Assembly (NCBI RefSeq): GCF_030028105.1
Contig: NW_027277693.1
Location: 186,001 to 250,000 of the forward strand
From: Mobula birostris
Lineage: Eukaryota
Direction: 5' to 3'
DNA length: 64,000 nucleotides
Shown here: positions 1-15,100 of the stretch, in pieces
Numbering within the stretch: position 1 is the first letter of the stretch
Layout: the number at the start of each line of letters is the position of its first letter
Position numbers and translations under genes: made by a program
The notes under the pieces: model-generated
What the model saw: only the letters and a program-made list of their open reading frames with translations
What the model was told of the DNA's origin: nothing
Database searches by the model: none

Positions 1-154
1 TGTCCCTTCTGGATCCAGAGCCGAGAGGAAGGTGTTGATGGTGGATGATTTCCCAGCCCCCACCAGGCCGACGAGCAGGATGTTTATACAGGAGTTTCCA
101 CAGCCCTCAGGGGGTTTGTAGTTACACAAATTGTTCCTCAGAGTCTCCAGATTC
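1..154 (-). CDS. IFI44L: Exon: start of IFI44-family P-loop domain (NLETLRNNLCNYKPPEGCGNSCINILLVGLVGAGKSSTINTFLSALDPEGT)
   Basis: Acceptor tggcag|G at 155/154. Walker A GxxGAGKSS is preceded by ILLVG and a YxP motif, as in IFI44/IFI44L. Confidence 0.8.
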
Positions 155-3100
155 CTGCCAGAGGCCAGGGAGACAGAGCATCAGCTGTCTGGGTGAAACG
201 GGTTAACAAATTAACACCCCGATTATGGGAACCTACCGTTTGTCCATGGTTGGGGAGTGAAAACAGCCATCCTCTGAAAACTCTGAAATGCAATGTGAAA
301 GTATTAATTTATTTGTTTTTTCATCTCGAGAATTAGGGGTGGCGTGCTCTCAGTAATGGACTGAATATAGAAACTCACTGCTTCCCATGTTTGGTGTGTA
401 AACCCAGTGATCGGTGCCGGTGTGCTGACTGCGCTTTAGCCTGTGGGGATCCAAGTCTGTTTCTTGCTTGCACTTTCACTTGGCTTGCGGCTGCTCAATG
501 TGCAAACTTGGGTAGGGTGATCAAGTGAAGCAGGAACCAGTAAAGAATTTTACAGTGAGACTACATTCATTCTGCCTTTGCTGTCATCCAGATTCAGCGA
601 CTCCACCCAGGGAGTACATGTTAACTCACAAAAAGAACCCTTCCTGTTTACAGTACAATCACCCACCAACAGGAAACATGACAGTTAACTTGTTCCCAAA
701 TTAAAGAAGTAGAAAAGCCCTTAACTCAGCAGTGGAGTTATAGGGACACCGCTAATACAGTGTTTACGTGGCAAGCTATTCTTGTTTTACGAGGCTGAGT
801 TGCTAGCTTGACGCTCAACCCGGCACGGATGGAAAGCGTGCCCAGGAGCGGCCCAACTGGGTTCGAACTCGGGAACCTTCGCTCCGGAGTCCGGCGCTGA
901 TCTCACTGCGCCACCAGCTGGCCATAAACACAACGTATTATGTACAAAATGATGGAGGAACTCAGCAGGCCAGACAGCATCAATGGAAAAGAGTACAGCC
1001 GATGCTTCAGACTGAAACCCTTCTTCGGAACTCCTGTTTGTGAACACACTGTGCGTTTGCCTGTCCTCTTGACTGCAACTTCAATCTCTCTCATCAGGCA
1101 GGGTTCCTAAACCATCCAGTCTCTGTACACAAGAGGAACATAATACATCTACACCTTTGATATGCCACGACTCGTGCCCCAATCCTTGCTTCTCATCGTT
1201 ACACTGAAGATTCACTGAGCTCTTTTCACTCTTCTCTTGTGTGCAGGATGAAAATGTCAAATGATCTAGTTGCTCACTGCACAATGAGGGAGTCTCACTG
1301 CCCTGCGGATCCTCGCTCGACCCTAGTGCACAACACACACATCAATCAGAAACCGGTAACCTGGGAGTTGGTGCTCAGGGTACTTTAGAACCCACGGAGA
1401 TTTTCTGTTCTGAGCCTCCCTCCCTCCCTCCCATCCCAGTCTGTCACTGACTGACTGGGATACCGTTCTGACACTTTCCCATAACGCCCACCCCAGACAC
1501 ACCTGCCCTAGGGCATTGAATTGGAGACTGAGGGAGTACAGAATGAGGCTAATCGGCCAACTATTTAATACACCAAGAATGAGGTTATTCGCCCAATAGT
1601 TCTGTGATGACCGATATGCCCAGCTGGATAAACCCAACTTCCTGAAGTCAACATTATTCGCTTAACCCTGCCTTTACATGCATCTATCCAGGTGCCCCTT
1701 CAATGATACCATTGTACCTGCTGCACCCACTTTCTTGGGCAGCTCAGTCTATATACTCACCACTCTATCGGTGAAAGAATTGCCCCTCAGGTCCTATTTA
1801 GACCTTTCCACTTCACCCTAAGTGACTACAATGTCTGACTGACTACAGTTAGTTCCATCATTTTCTCACACAAGACACACATCAATCATATCCCTCACAG
1901 TCTATATAGAAAGGTTACAGTGAAGCGTGAGGCGTGACAGGAAGAGACAGGTTTTACCCACCGGGAGAGGAATGTTCTCTCGATCTGGTTCTGTCACTGA
2001 GACTCTGTCTGATGGCCCGAATGGTATTTGGACAATGGCACTGAACTTTCTTCCTTTTGAGAATATCGCTGGTTTCTCTCCAAAGTACTCGATGAACTGC
2101 TGTTCCCTCATGGAATAACCCTGGACAGGTCCTTAACTTCTCCTCTCCCACATCTTGGGATTTCTGCAACAGAATCACAGCACAAGTGTCTTCCTTCCGC
2201 GCTCTTCCGCCTCCTGCAACACAGAGTAACAGAGTGTCTGGGTGCTGCTGTGGGATGGGTGTGTGTCCCACCCACTGGGTACATCAGCCCTGAGCTCAGC
2301 ACTTTCCACCTGGGGCTGTGCCCACCTTCCTGCCCCCGTGTGTGTTCAGTTGATGCTGACTATGTACAAGACAGCCCTCCCATCCCACTACTGGCACTCA
2401 CCTCCCCACACAAGCTACAGCACTGACAGTAGCATCATTTTTCCACTGGGACTTTCATCCCAGGAATGATCTCCCCACTCGAGCACAGAAAGTTCCAAAC
2501 ACCATTACACACAGGGGATGGGAACCGACCCATGTCCTGGAGAATGTTACACCAGGATCCACAGTCCATTACCTCACAGCTGTTTGTGGGAGCTTGCTCT
2601 GCACCATTATACATCCCCATCACAATGATAACTACTGTGAGATTTGGTGGCAGGGCAGCACAGGACATGACAAAGATAAGGAAGGTGCTACATCAATGCA
2701 GTGCCACTGTCCTACTGCGAACCAAATCCTAAGATGACACACAGTCATAATTATTGTATCTCAGAGGAACAGAAGAGCCAGTAGTCAGCAGAAATCTCCA
2801 AGGGAAGGGGATACCACGGAAGCGAATTAACTTCATGACTTCACCTGTGGACAGGACGAGAGTATCTACCTGTGACCCACTGCAGGGCATTTCGAAAATC
2901 CTCAATTTCATGAGACACATTGTAGACAAACAGGACACAGGGAATCCTTGGCCTTTCACACTGGTTGATATTCAGCTTCTTCACAATCTCTTCATGGACG
3001 GATCCTCGACCGTAACATTGCACTGTAAAACACAGAACCTGTGCTCACTCAGTCTGCCTCACACCAGCACATTTCACTCAAGGTGATTCCTAGTAACAAA

Positions 3101-6100
3101 AGGGAAGGGGATAGATTTAATGTTCCTCCAAGCTCAGTGACGGGCACCCATCAGCATGGGAATGGGCTCTGTTTCACTGTCAATCTGTCAGCAAATGGGA
3201 GTTCTCAAGGGATGTGAAAGCAGCAGGTTAAGTGGGGTAGTTTACAGAGGCGGGGAGGAGTGTTGCAGACAGTGGAGACCGCAGAGATGACATGGAGTGT
3301 AGGTTCCAGAGTGGGTCAGAGAGATGGGGAGGGGTCACAGATACTGGAGTGTTGTAGGTGTTGCTGAGGGTCACAGAGAATGGAAGTGCTGTAGGGTCCA
3401 TTTGGGCTCAGAGAGTGGGATGCGTAGGGAACAGAGAGGAAGGGAAAACAGACACACCGACAGGGTGAGGTATTGACGTGGGTGAGATAGTAAGCACCCT
3501 GACTCTCACAATGCACAGAATACCATCCGTGGAAGCATCGGGTCCACTGATACAGAGCCACATCCAACCTACAGGGACCTGTCACTGGGAGATGGCAGGA
3601 TGTGCCCTGTGGAGGCCCTTCAGCCCATTGAGACATTGGACAATACAGCAGGATACAGGCCCTTTGGCCCAACCACTCCTCACTGGCCATGGTGCCCATC
3701 CAGATTGTCCACATTGTCTGCATTACAACTGTATCTCTCCAAGTCCCACTCCCTCCATGTACCTATCCCAGTGCTTCTGAACGGATACTCTTGTACCTGC
3801 CTCAACCACTTCCCCTGTGAAAAAGACCAAAGACCAAAGCATAGTTATTATCAAAGTACATATATATCACCATATACACCCCTGAGATTCATTTCCTTGC
3901 TGACATACTCAATAAATCCATATTGGAATAGTAACCATAATAGTTTCACATACTCTCCACTGTCTGGGTGAGAAAGTTATCCCTTAGGCCCCTTTTAACT
4001 CTCTCCCCCTCACCCTTAACCCAGGGACTCTAACTGTGGATCCTCTGACCTGGGGAAAATGCTGTTACCATGAACCTTATCTTGCCCCAATAATTTTATT
4101 TACTTCTCTATTCTGTCTTCCACAACACCCTTCCTCACTATCAGCAGCACCCTCTAATTTTGCGTCATCCACAGATTTACTGATCAAGCCTTGTGCACTG
4201 GCACTCGAATCATTTCTCAAAATAGTAATGAAAGAAACCCAACACTGATCCCTGCAGAACACAGCTCATCAGCAGCCTCCATTCCGAAACACAACCTTCA
4301 ACCACCTCCCTCTGCTTTCGTCCTCCAAACCAATTTTGAATCCACCAATCTTGTCTAGATTCCTAACCATCCAGATTACCCTACCCGGTAAGATCTTGCC
4401 GAAGGCCTCACTGAACTACAAATAGACAACAACCACTGCTCTGCCCTCATCTGCATTTTCAGTCATCTCTTCAAATAGATTGAATACTGTTCACTAAGCA
4501 GAGCCTTTCATGCACAAAACCGTGCTGACTCTATTTAATCTGACTCCGTCCACTCAAATGCTGGTACACCCTGTCCTTCAGAACTCCCGTAGGTAACTTC
4601 CCCACTACTGATTTCGCACTGACTAGTGTGTCATTCCCTGGCATGAACTTCCTGCTCTTCTCAAACAACCAAACATGAGCTTCCTTCCAGTCTTCTGCAA
4701 CTTTTCTGGTGGCAAATGATGAGACAATAATCTCAGCAACAGACTCCACAATTTCTCCTCTCACCACCCACAAATTTCAAGGAAGCACTCACTCTGGCCC
4801 TGGGGATTCATCCACCAATACACGGTAAGGTTGCAAATATCAACCTTTCTGGAAATATGACCAGTCTCCAAAACTTCTCTACCTAATTCCCTTGAGTAAT
4901 CATGATTATCTCCTCAGTGAAAAAGGAGAAATATTCGTTAAGAATCTCACCCATGTCGTGCAGGTTAAGACACAGGTAGCCCTGCTAATGTCTGAAGGGA
5001 TCTACTCACTTGGTAACCACCCTTTTACTCATGATGTGGCTGCAAAATCTCTTGGGATTTTCCTTTACCTTTCCTGCCAGAGCCTTCTCACACCCTCTCT
5101 CTTTGCCATCATGATTTCACTCGATTGTTTTCTTATTCATTTGGGATTAAAGGATTACCCAAATTAGGTGCATGACCTAATTGAACTATATCCTTTCATA
5201 TTTTTCTTGATCAAAGTTTTTATATCTCTCATATTTTTGTATCCACCGAACTGACTCTCCATGATTTCATGCAATGCTTCCTACTAGACCAACAGACCAT
5301 GCGAGGTCTTATTGTAGGTTCTGCTAAATGGACAACATTCTCTGCCCGAACCTCATCTACCATTTTGGTCATTCTACAGACAGCTCTAAAGAGGTTCAAC
5401 TGCACAACGTTCCACTCACAACATCATGCAAACTCCTCCTAATCAGTCTCTGTCTACCCAAATACTGGGACATCCTATCCATCGAATTGCCCAGCACTAA
5501 CTTCCCCACAATTGACGTCAGGTTCACCGGTCTGTCATTCCTTGGCTTATCCCTTCCATCGTTCTTAATCTATGGAACAACATTGATCTCATTGCATTCT
5601 TCAGTGGCATCGTTCCCCAGTAACAAACAAGGAAGGAAATATCTCTGTAAGGGCCTCCGCTGTTTCCTCTCTAGCCTCCCATGGAGTCCCAGGAATCACT
5701 TAGTAAGGCCCTGGTGATTTATCCACTAAAATGCACTGTAAGTCTGCAAATAGCTTCTCCCTAGGAATATGTATGTCCCCCAATCCATCTTAACATGCTT
5801 CCCTCATCCTTTGAGCAATTGTGATTTTCAGTAAATAGGTTCAACAATCATTGAGAAGAAATATTTTTTATAATTTCAACCTATCTGCCCCCTCAAGTTA
5901 TAGACAGCCTGCTGATCCCCAACATGAACTTCTCCCTGACTAACCATCCTTTTAATCTTTACTGAGCTATAGAACCTCCTAGAATATTTCTTAATCTTAT
6001 CTGTCAGATCCATCTCATACCCTCAATTTGCCCTCCAGATTTACCTCGTGCATTCTTGATACTTTATAATCATCATGAAGTTGACTTGTCCCCAAATTAA

Positions 6101-9100
6101 ACACAATGTATTATGTGCAAAATGATGGAGGAACTCAGCAGGCCGGGCAGCATCAATAGAAAAGAGTACCGCCAATGCTTCGGACTGAGACCCTTCTTTG
6201 GGACTCCTGTTTGTGAACACAATGTATGCTTGCCTCTCCTCTTGACTGGAACTTCTTCTCCGAGCTCTTTTCGCTCTTCTCTTGCGTGCAGGTTGAAGAT
6301 GTCAAATGATCTGGTTGCTCATTGTACAATGAAGGAGTCTTGGAGTCTCTTCTTGGCGGCGTATGGAGTAAGACTTTTTTGTCATAGCTCCATCTTCACA
6401 ACTTACTTTCCACTGCTAGATTCGTTTTAAGTTTGAAAATTTATTATATTTGCTGAAGAATTTATGATTTAATTACAGTGGCTGATATTCGATCTGGAAC
6501 TGAATTAAGAAATGGCAAAACTCTGCCCGAACCTCAACATACAAAGAAATCAGAGGAACTTTCTACTTCAGAAAGAATGCTCTCTTTAATAGTGAAGATC
6601 GGTGCGGTGGATACCAAAATCGATAAATTGACAAATGCTAATGAAATGCTTGAAAATACCATTCTTGCTGTTCAGGAATCTTTGAAGAATCTGGAAGATC
6701 GATATCAGACGTTTAAGCAGAGCACTCATAGAATTGAAAGGGAACTGGAGTTAATGAATCAAACTATTAAAGAGCAGGATTTGAAGATGTCTTTTATGGA
6801 AAAGAAAATTAATGAGACTACTTCGGAGCTATTAAGGATTAAGACGAAAACGATTGATCTGGAAAGCAGAAATCGCAGGATGAATTTACAAAACTGGGTT
6901 TGCCTGAAAATACGGAAACCGGTGAGTCATTGAAGTTTTTTTCGAACATGTTATATTCATTCTTTAGTGACATTCTCGAAGCCTGTCCAGTATTGGACAG
7001 AGTCCACCGAATTCGACCTCCTAAGCCTTCAGCTGAAACGAAACCACGTCCTGTAATCCTGTGTTTCCATTATTTTACAACCAAATAAGCTATTCTTCGG
7101 AATGCAAGGAAAAGGGATAAGCTAATTTATAACAAAGTTATGATTCATATAGTTGAAGATTTTACTCCAGAGATTTATGCTGAAAGAATTAAATATTAGG
7201 AAGTTATGGCGTAACTTTTTAAAATTAACTGCCGCCTGTCTCTGCGTTATCTGGCTCGTCTGATGATTACTCCACCCAATGCTCATATAAAATGGATTGA
7301 CTCTCCAGGAGACAGTTGGAAATTTATAAAAGAGTTTCAGTCCACTTTGTAAGCAATTTGAAAAGCTGATCCTTAGCTGGGAGTTGTTTGTAACACCGTC
7401 GATGAAAGTCTGCTCCACGTTTTATGAATGCCCAGAACCAAACTTGGTTGACTCACTTAGATCTGCTGTTGTTTGCTTTAACAGTTAATGTAGTTTTGAA
7501 TTTAACATATATATATTTACTTACCTTTTCTTTGATTTGTAAGTCTTTAATATTATTTGTAGTATATTAGTTGCTTGGATTTATCCTTTTTTTTGAATAC
7601 ATGGCTGCGTATTTTAAATGGATTTAAGATGGCCGTCGTTAATTCGGTCTTAACTTTTGTTAGACATAATATGAAAATATTTGGAATCTGTTTACTTTAT
7701 GTATTCTTTGTTATTCCTTTTTGCTGGTGGTGACCTTTTACTTTGTAAGCAGGCGCGGCTATTTGGAGACAGGGGTTAAAGGTTATTAGAATAGCATGCT
7801 GTCCGCCTATTGGATGGTTTCTGAGTTTCCGGAGGAGGAGGGTGGATCTATTAGATTAGTTCTTTTTTCACTGGGCATTCCTGAGGAGTTTTTCTTTGTC
7901 AATCATTTTGCTTGTCTTTCTGATCGAGTCAAGCTTCGACCTTTGTTCCAATATAGGCTGCACCTGCGCATTAAATTACTTTATAAAATTTTTAAAATAA
8001 ACTTTAAGTATGGATCTCAATAAAATTAATATAACATCTTGGAATTTAACTGGTATGAACCAACCTATTAAGCGCAGAAAGATTTTTAAGAATTTAAAAA
8101 CACTTCATGCAGATATTATTCTAGCGCAGGAGACTCATTATCTGTAGGCAGGATGAAAATCGTTTTTTTAAATTTTGGAAGGGACCCTTATTTCATTCTT
8201 TATCAGTAAATAAAATAAGAGGGGTATCTATTTTTATTCATTCTAAAATCCCCTTTGTTCATTTTAATACTGTTACTGATTTAATTGGAAAATATTTAAT
8301 TGTCACTGGTCTGTTATGTGGTCAAAATGTGGCTTTGGTGTGTGTATATGCACCTAATATAGATAGCCCTGAATTTTTTAGGACCCTATTTTCTGTATTG
8401 CCAAATTTAAATGAATATAAGTGGATTATGGGCGGTGACTTTAACTGCTGTCTCAATACGTCGATTGACAGATTGTTCACCAATCCGTCACTTCCTAATA
8501 AAGCTGCAACTTGTATTAATTCTTTTTTATTAGAATATGGTTTGGTGGATATTTGGAGATTTAAATATCCTAAAGAAAACGATTTTTTCTCTTTTTTTCA
8601 CATGTATACCATAAAGATTCAAGAATTGATTATTTTTTGCTGGACACACGATTGGTGCCCCTGTTGCTGAGTGTGATCATGCACCTATGAAACTAACTTT
8701 GAAGTTTTCTGATACTCTTTGGATACCTCAGTGGAGATTTAATGTTTCATTGTTACAAGATTCAACTTTCATAAATTTTATTAAGGAGCAAATTTCTCTA
8801 CTTCTTGAATTAAATGCAACTGAGGGAGTGTCAAATTTGGTTATTTGGGATGCGATGAAACCTTTTCTTAGGGGACAGATAATTTCATATTCGGTAGATT
8901 CAAGAAGGAAAACTGAGGTGGAACTTTTGCTGATCACTAATAGGATTAAAGAAATAGATAAAGTTTCTTCAGTAAATGCCCAGTGAAGATCTCTTTAAGG
9001 AAAGGATGGAACTCCAAGCACAGCATGATTTTCTTTTGACTTTTCCCATTGAACAGCAACTTCTTAAATCCAAAAGCCAATTTTATATATATGGAGACAG

Positions 9101-12100
9101 GTCAGGCAAATTATTATCTGGTCAGTTAAAAGCAAATATGGTTAAAGACAGATCCTGAAAATACGAAGACCTGATAGAACTGAAACGGTACCTCCTTATG
9201 AAATTAGTAATATATTTATGGATTTCTACTCGAATCTTTATAAATCTGAACTTTCAGACAATATTACTTTCATGAATAGTTCTTTGCAAAAATTGAATAC
9301 ACCTAACATTTCTATTCAAGATATGAATACATTAGATGCACCTATTAAACAAGAGGAAATAGCAAGGGCTATATCCTCTTTCCGATCAGTTAAGGCTCCG
9401 GGACCAGATGGATATACAGTGGAATTTTATAAGACTTTTACTGATACACTTATACTTCATTTATGTCAAATATTCACTGATTCTATATCCTCTGGGACTC
9501 TCCCGAAAACTTTTTATGAAGCTTCAATCTCTTTAATTCCTGAAAAAGATAAAGATTTATTTGAATGCACTTCTTATAGACCAATTTCTCTATTGAATGT
9601 GGATTTTAAAATCCTTTCTAAGATCTTCGCTGATAGACTTGAGAGTACTTTACCTACTGTTATTTCCAGTGACCAAACTAGATTTATTAAAAATAGATAA
9701 TCACATTTTAACATTCGAAGATTACTAAATATTATTCATTCTTCTCCATCTAAAGAATCTGAATGTGTTGTTTCTCTTGATGCAGAGAAAGCCTTTGATA
9801 GGGTGGAGTGGTTTTACTTATTTGAGGTCTTGGAAAGATTTAATCTTGGCCCGGGATTTATTTCCTGGATTAAATTGATCTATCATGCTCCTATGGCTGT
9901 GGTTATAACTAATAATCAAAAATCAAAAATCTCCCCATTTTAGATTATATAGGGGTACTCGGCAGGGATGTCCTCTTAGCCCTTTATTATTTAACTTGGC
10001 CTCAGAACCCCTTGCTATTGCTCTTAGAGATTCTAATACTGTTCAGGGTATTAAGAGAGGGGACAAAATACACAAGGTTTCGTTATATACAGATGACCTG
10101 TAGTTTATATTTCAGCTCCTAGGAAATCTATTCCTTCTATGTTATCTACATTTTCTGAATTCAGTAGTTTTTCTGGGTATAATTTAAATTTACAGAAAAC
10201 TGAGTTACTTCCTATTAATGCAAACACGAGGAATTCTGCAGATGCTGGAAATTCAAGCAACACACCTAGTTGCTGGTGAACGCAGCAGGCCAGGCAGCGT
10301 CTCAATCCTGACGAAGGGCCTCGGCCTGAAACGTCGACTGTACCTCTTCCTAGAGATGCTGCCTGGCCTGCTGTGTTCACCAGCAACTTTGATGTGTGTT
10401 GCTTGTATTTCCAATTAATAATTACTTGGATCCATATCATCAAGTACCTTTCAGTATCGCTAAAAATTACTTTACCTATCCTGGTATTAAAGTTACTAAA
10501 AATTTTAAGGATCTCTATAAATATAACTTTTTTTTACATTAATTGATTACACCAAACAAATGCCTTCTAAATGGTCACCTATGACATTATCATTAACAGG
10601 TCGAATTAATGCTATTAAAATAATAGTTTTACCATATATATTTCAGGCAGTTCCTTCATTTGTTCCTAAAAAGTTCTTTGACAGAATAGATTCTATAATC
10701 TTATCTTATATTTGGAACAATAAAAATCCTAGATTGAGTAAACCCTTATTGCAGAAACTAAAAAAAGGATGGTGGTATGGCTTTGGCAAATTTTAGAATG
10801 TACTATTGGGCAATTAATATTCGATATATTACTTTTTGGATTCACTATTCAGATATATATGAATGTTCTTCATGGTTGGATTTGGAGGAAAAATCGGTGA
10901 AAGGTTTCTCTTTGGCCTATTTACTGGGAATTCCTCTTCCCTTTTGTTTTCGAAGATTAGTAGACAAGATTTTAATCCCATTATTAAACAGACATTAAGA
11001 ATTTGGTTTCAGTTTCGTCGATCTTTTGAGTTGAATAATTTTGTTCTTTCTAGTAATATCCATCTCAATTATTTTTTTAAACCATCAATTTTGGATAAGG
11101 CCTTTTTAATTTGGAAAACCAAGGGAATTATAACTTCTTCAGATTTGTTTTTAGGGGACTGTTTAATGTCTTTTTCTCAGTTAGTGGATAAATATGATTT
11201 ATCTAATGTACACTTTTTTAGATATTTACAAATTACGAATTTTTTACGTGGTTTGTTGCCATATTACCCTTCTGCTTATCAATCTAATATGACAGATGCT
11301 CTCTTTCAGTTTAAACCATTTCAAAAAGGGTTGATAGCTATAATCTATAAATGGTTATTGAACTCACGAATGATACCTAATGATAAAATTAAACGTGCTT
11401 GAGAATCGGAAATTCAGGAGTCATTTCCAGATAATCAATGGAGTAAAATTTTTCGTTTGGTTAATAACTCATCTATTTGTGCCCGTCATTCCTTGATACA
11501 GTTCAAGGTAGTGCACCGGGCCCATATGTCAAAGGATAAACAAGTGCGTATTTTTTTCAAATATCAATCCTATTTGTGACAGATGTAATATTGAGGTGGC
11601 CACTTTAACTCTTATGTATTGGTCTTGTATAAAGCTAGATAACTTTTGGAGAGATGCTTTTAAAATGCTATCAAAAGTCTTGGATCTGGATCTACAACCT
11701 AATTTTCTTACGGCAGTTTTTGGGATTGTCCCAAAGGAAGCAGGAAACATTCCTGTTTCCGCTCAACGTATAATATCCTTTTCGACTTTACTGGCTAGGA
11801 GAGCCATTTTACTGAATTGCAAGGATTGTAATCAACTTACAGTCTTTCATTGGCTTTCCTCCATTATGTGCTGTTTAAGTTTAGAGAAAATAAGAAGTCG
11901 GACATTTGATAGATCCTTTAAATTTGAGCAAATCTGGCAACATTTTATTCAATATTTTCATTTAATTTGATTTATTACTCTTCCAATTTTTTTTTTTGCA
12001 GTTTCAGATTTGATCAGAAAATCTTTTTTTTTGGTCATATCCTCAGAATGGACTGCCCAGTCCCTTCTTTTTTGTTTCTTTATTTTTGTATAGTGTAGTG

Positions 12101-15100
12101 GGGGTCTTTTCCCTTCATTTAAAATTCCTATTTATGAACTGATAAGAGGAGAATTGCTGTTTTCTTTTTTATTATATATTATATACTAGCTTAACACTAT
12201 GTATGATTTTGATGATGTCTATCTCAATCTTGGTTTGTATTGCTGTTGATATATATATTTGAGATAATTCTCCTCGTTTGTATTTATGCTCCTTGTAAAT
12301 TAATAAAAAGATTAATAAAGAAAGAAAGAGGAAGTCTCAGTGCCCTCCGGATCCTCGCTCGACCCTAGTGCACAACACACATATCAATCAGAAACCTGTA
12401 ACCTGGGATTTGGTGTTGATGTTACATTAGAACCGATGGGGATTTTCAGTTCTGACCCTCCCTCCCTCCCACACCCCCATCCCGGTGTGTCACTGACTGA
12501 CTGGGATACAGTTCTGACAGCTTCCCATCACACCCACCCCAGACACATCTGCCCTAGGACATGTAATTGGAGACCGAGGGATGTACAGAATGAGGCTATT
12601 CAGCCCATCGTTGAATACACCAACAACGAGGTTACTTGCCCAGTGAGTCTGTCATGACCAATATGCCCAGCTGGATAATCCCAGATTCCTGCAGTCAACT
12701 TTATCCGCTCTAATCCTGCCTTTTCATGCATCTATCCAGATGCCCCTTCAATGATACCATTGCACCTGCTGCACCCACTTTCTTGGGCAGCTCGATCTAT
12801 ATACTCACCAGCCGATGGGTCAAAGAATTCCCCCTCTGATTGTCCAAATTGTCTGCATTACAACTGTATCTCTCCACGTCCCACCCCCTCCATGTACCTA
12901 TCCCAGTGCTTCTGAAAGGATACTCTTGTACCTGCCTCAACCACTTCCCCTGTGGAAAAGACCAAAGACCAAAGTACAGTTATTATCACAGCACATATCT
13001 ATCACCATATAAAACCCTGAGATTCATTTCCTTGCTGGCATACTCTATAAATCCATATTAGAATAATAACCACAATAATTTCACAGACTCTCCACTGTCC
13101 CTTTTAACTCTCTCCCCTTCATCCTTAACCCAGGGACTCTAATTGTGGACTCCTCTGACCTGCGAGGGACATGCACCCTATCTTGCCGCTATGATTTTAT
13201 TTACTCCTCCATTCCGAATTCCACAACACCCTTCTTCACTATAATTAGTACCATTTAATTCTGTGTCAACCACAGATACACTGATCAAGCCTTGTGCACT
13301 GGCATTCGAATCATTTCTCAAAATAGTAATGAAAGAAACCCAACACTGATCCCTGCAGAACACAGCTCATCAGCAGCCTCCATTCCGAAACACAACCTTC
13401 AACCACCTCCCTCTGCTTTCGTCCTCCAAACCAATTGTGAATCCACCAATCTTGTCTAGATTCCTAACCATCCAGTTTACCCTACCTTGGAAGACCTTGT
13501 CGAAGGCCTCACTGAACTACAAATAGACAACAACCACTGCTCTGCCCACATCTGCCTTTTCAGTCACATCTTCAAATAGATTGAATACTGTTCAATAAGC
13601 AGAGCCTTTCATGCACAAAGCCGTGCTGACTCTATTTAATCTGACTCCGTCCACTCAAATGCTGGTACACCCCGACCCTCAGAACTCCCGTAGGTAACTT
13701 CCCCACTACTGATTTCACACTGACTGGTGTGTCGTTCCCGGGCATGACCTTCCTGCTCTTCTCAAACTACCAAACATGAGCTTCCTTCCAGTCTTCTGCA
13801 ACTTTTCTGGTGGCAAATGATGAGACAATAATCTCAGCAACAGACTCCACAATTTCTCCTCGAGCCACTCACAAATTTCAAGGAAGCACTCACACTGGCT
13901 CTGGGTATTTATCCACCAATACACGGTAAGGTTGCAAATATCAACCTTTCTGGAAATATGACCAGTCTCGAAAACATCTCTACCTAATTCCCTTGAGTAA
14001 TCAAGATTATCTCCTCATTTTAAAAGGGGAAATATTCGTTAAGAATCTCACCCATGTCGTGCAGATTAAGACACGGGTAGCCCTGCTAATGTCTGAAGGG
14101 ATCTACTCACTTAGTAACCACCCTTTTACTCATGATATGGCTGCAAAATCTCTTGGGATTTCCCTTCATCTTTTCTGTCAGATCCATCTCACACCCTCTC
14201 TCTTTGCCCTCATGATTTCACTCCTGATTGTTTTCTTAGTCATTTGGCATTAAAGCATTACCTGACACATGACATAATTGAACTATGTCCTTCCATTTTC
14301 TTCTTGACCAAAGCTTGTATATCTCTCATACTTTTGTATCCACCAATCTGTCTGTCCAGCATTTCATGCAACGCTTCCTACTGGACCAGCCTACCATGCG
14401 AGGTCTTATTGTAGGTTCTGCTAAATGGACAACATTCTCAGCCTGAATCTCATCTACAATTTTGGTCATTCCACAAACAGCTCTAAAGAGGTTCAACTGC
14501 ACAATTTTCCACTCACAACACAATGCAAACTCCCCCTAATCAGTCTCTATCTACCCAAAAACTAGAACATCCTATCCTTCCTATTGCCCACCACTAACAT
14601 CCCCACAATTGACGTCAGGTTCACTGGTCTGTCATTTCTTGGCTTATCCCTTCTATGGTTCTTAATCTATGGAACAACATTGACCTCATTCCATTCTTCA
14701 CTGGCATCATTTCCCAGTAACAAACAAGGAAGTAAATATTTCCGTAAGGGCATTCGCTGTTTCCTCTCCAGACCCCCACGGAGTTCCAGGAAGCACGTAG
14801 TAAGGCCCTGGTGATTTATCCACAAGGAATCACTGTAAGTCTGCAAATACCTGCTCCCTGGAAATATGTATGACCCCAATCCGTCTTAACATGCTTCCCT
14901 CATCCTTTGAGCAATTGTGATTTTCAGTAAATCAGTTCAGCAATCATTGAGGAGAATATTTCTTATAATTTCAACCTATCTGCCCCCTCAAGTTATAGAG
15001 AGCCTGCTGATCCCCAAGAGGAACTCTTACTAACCATCCCTTTAATATTTACTGAGCTACAGAACCTCCTAGAATTTTTCTCAATCTTATCTGTCTGATC

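Larger units (their letters stand above)
6254..12364 (-). pseudogene. Linker exon copy split by LINE-1 (halves 6254-6340 and 12328-12364), donor region deleted
   Basis: Linker-exon sequence resumes exactly on either side of the LINE-1. About 130 bp including the donor is missing compared with 15340-15480. Confidence 0.7.

Noticed and set aside
850-923. tRNA gene
   Set aside because: A/B boxes continue into a SINE body and the site is empty in paralogous duplicates.
1954-1962. Alternative donor GG|gtaaaa or read-through TAA at the end of B exons
   Set aside because: The phase-2 donor does not fit the downstream phase-1 exons, whereas G|gtgggt fits all. A terminal-exon reading cannot be excluded but has no support.
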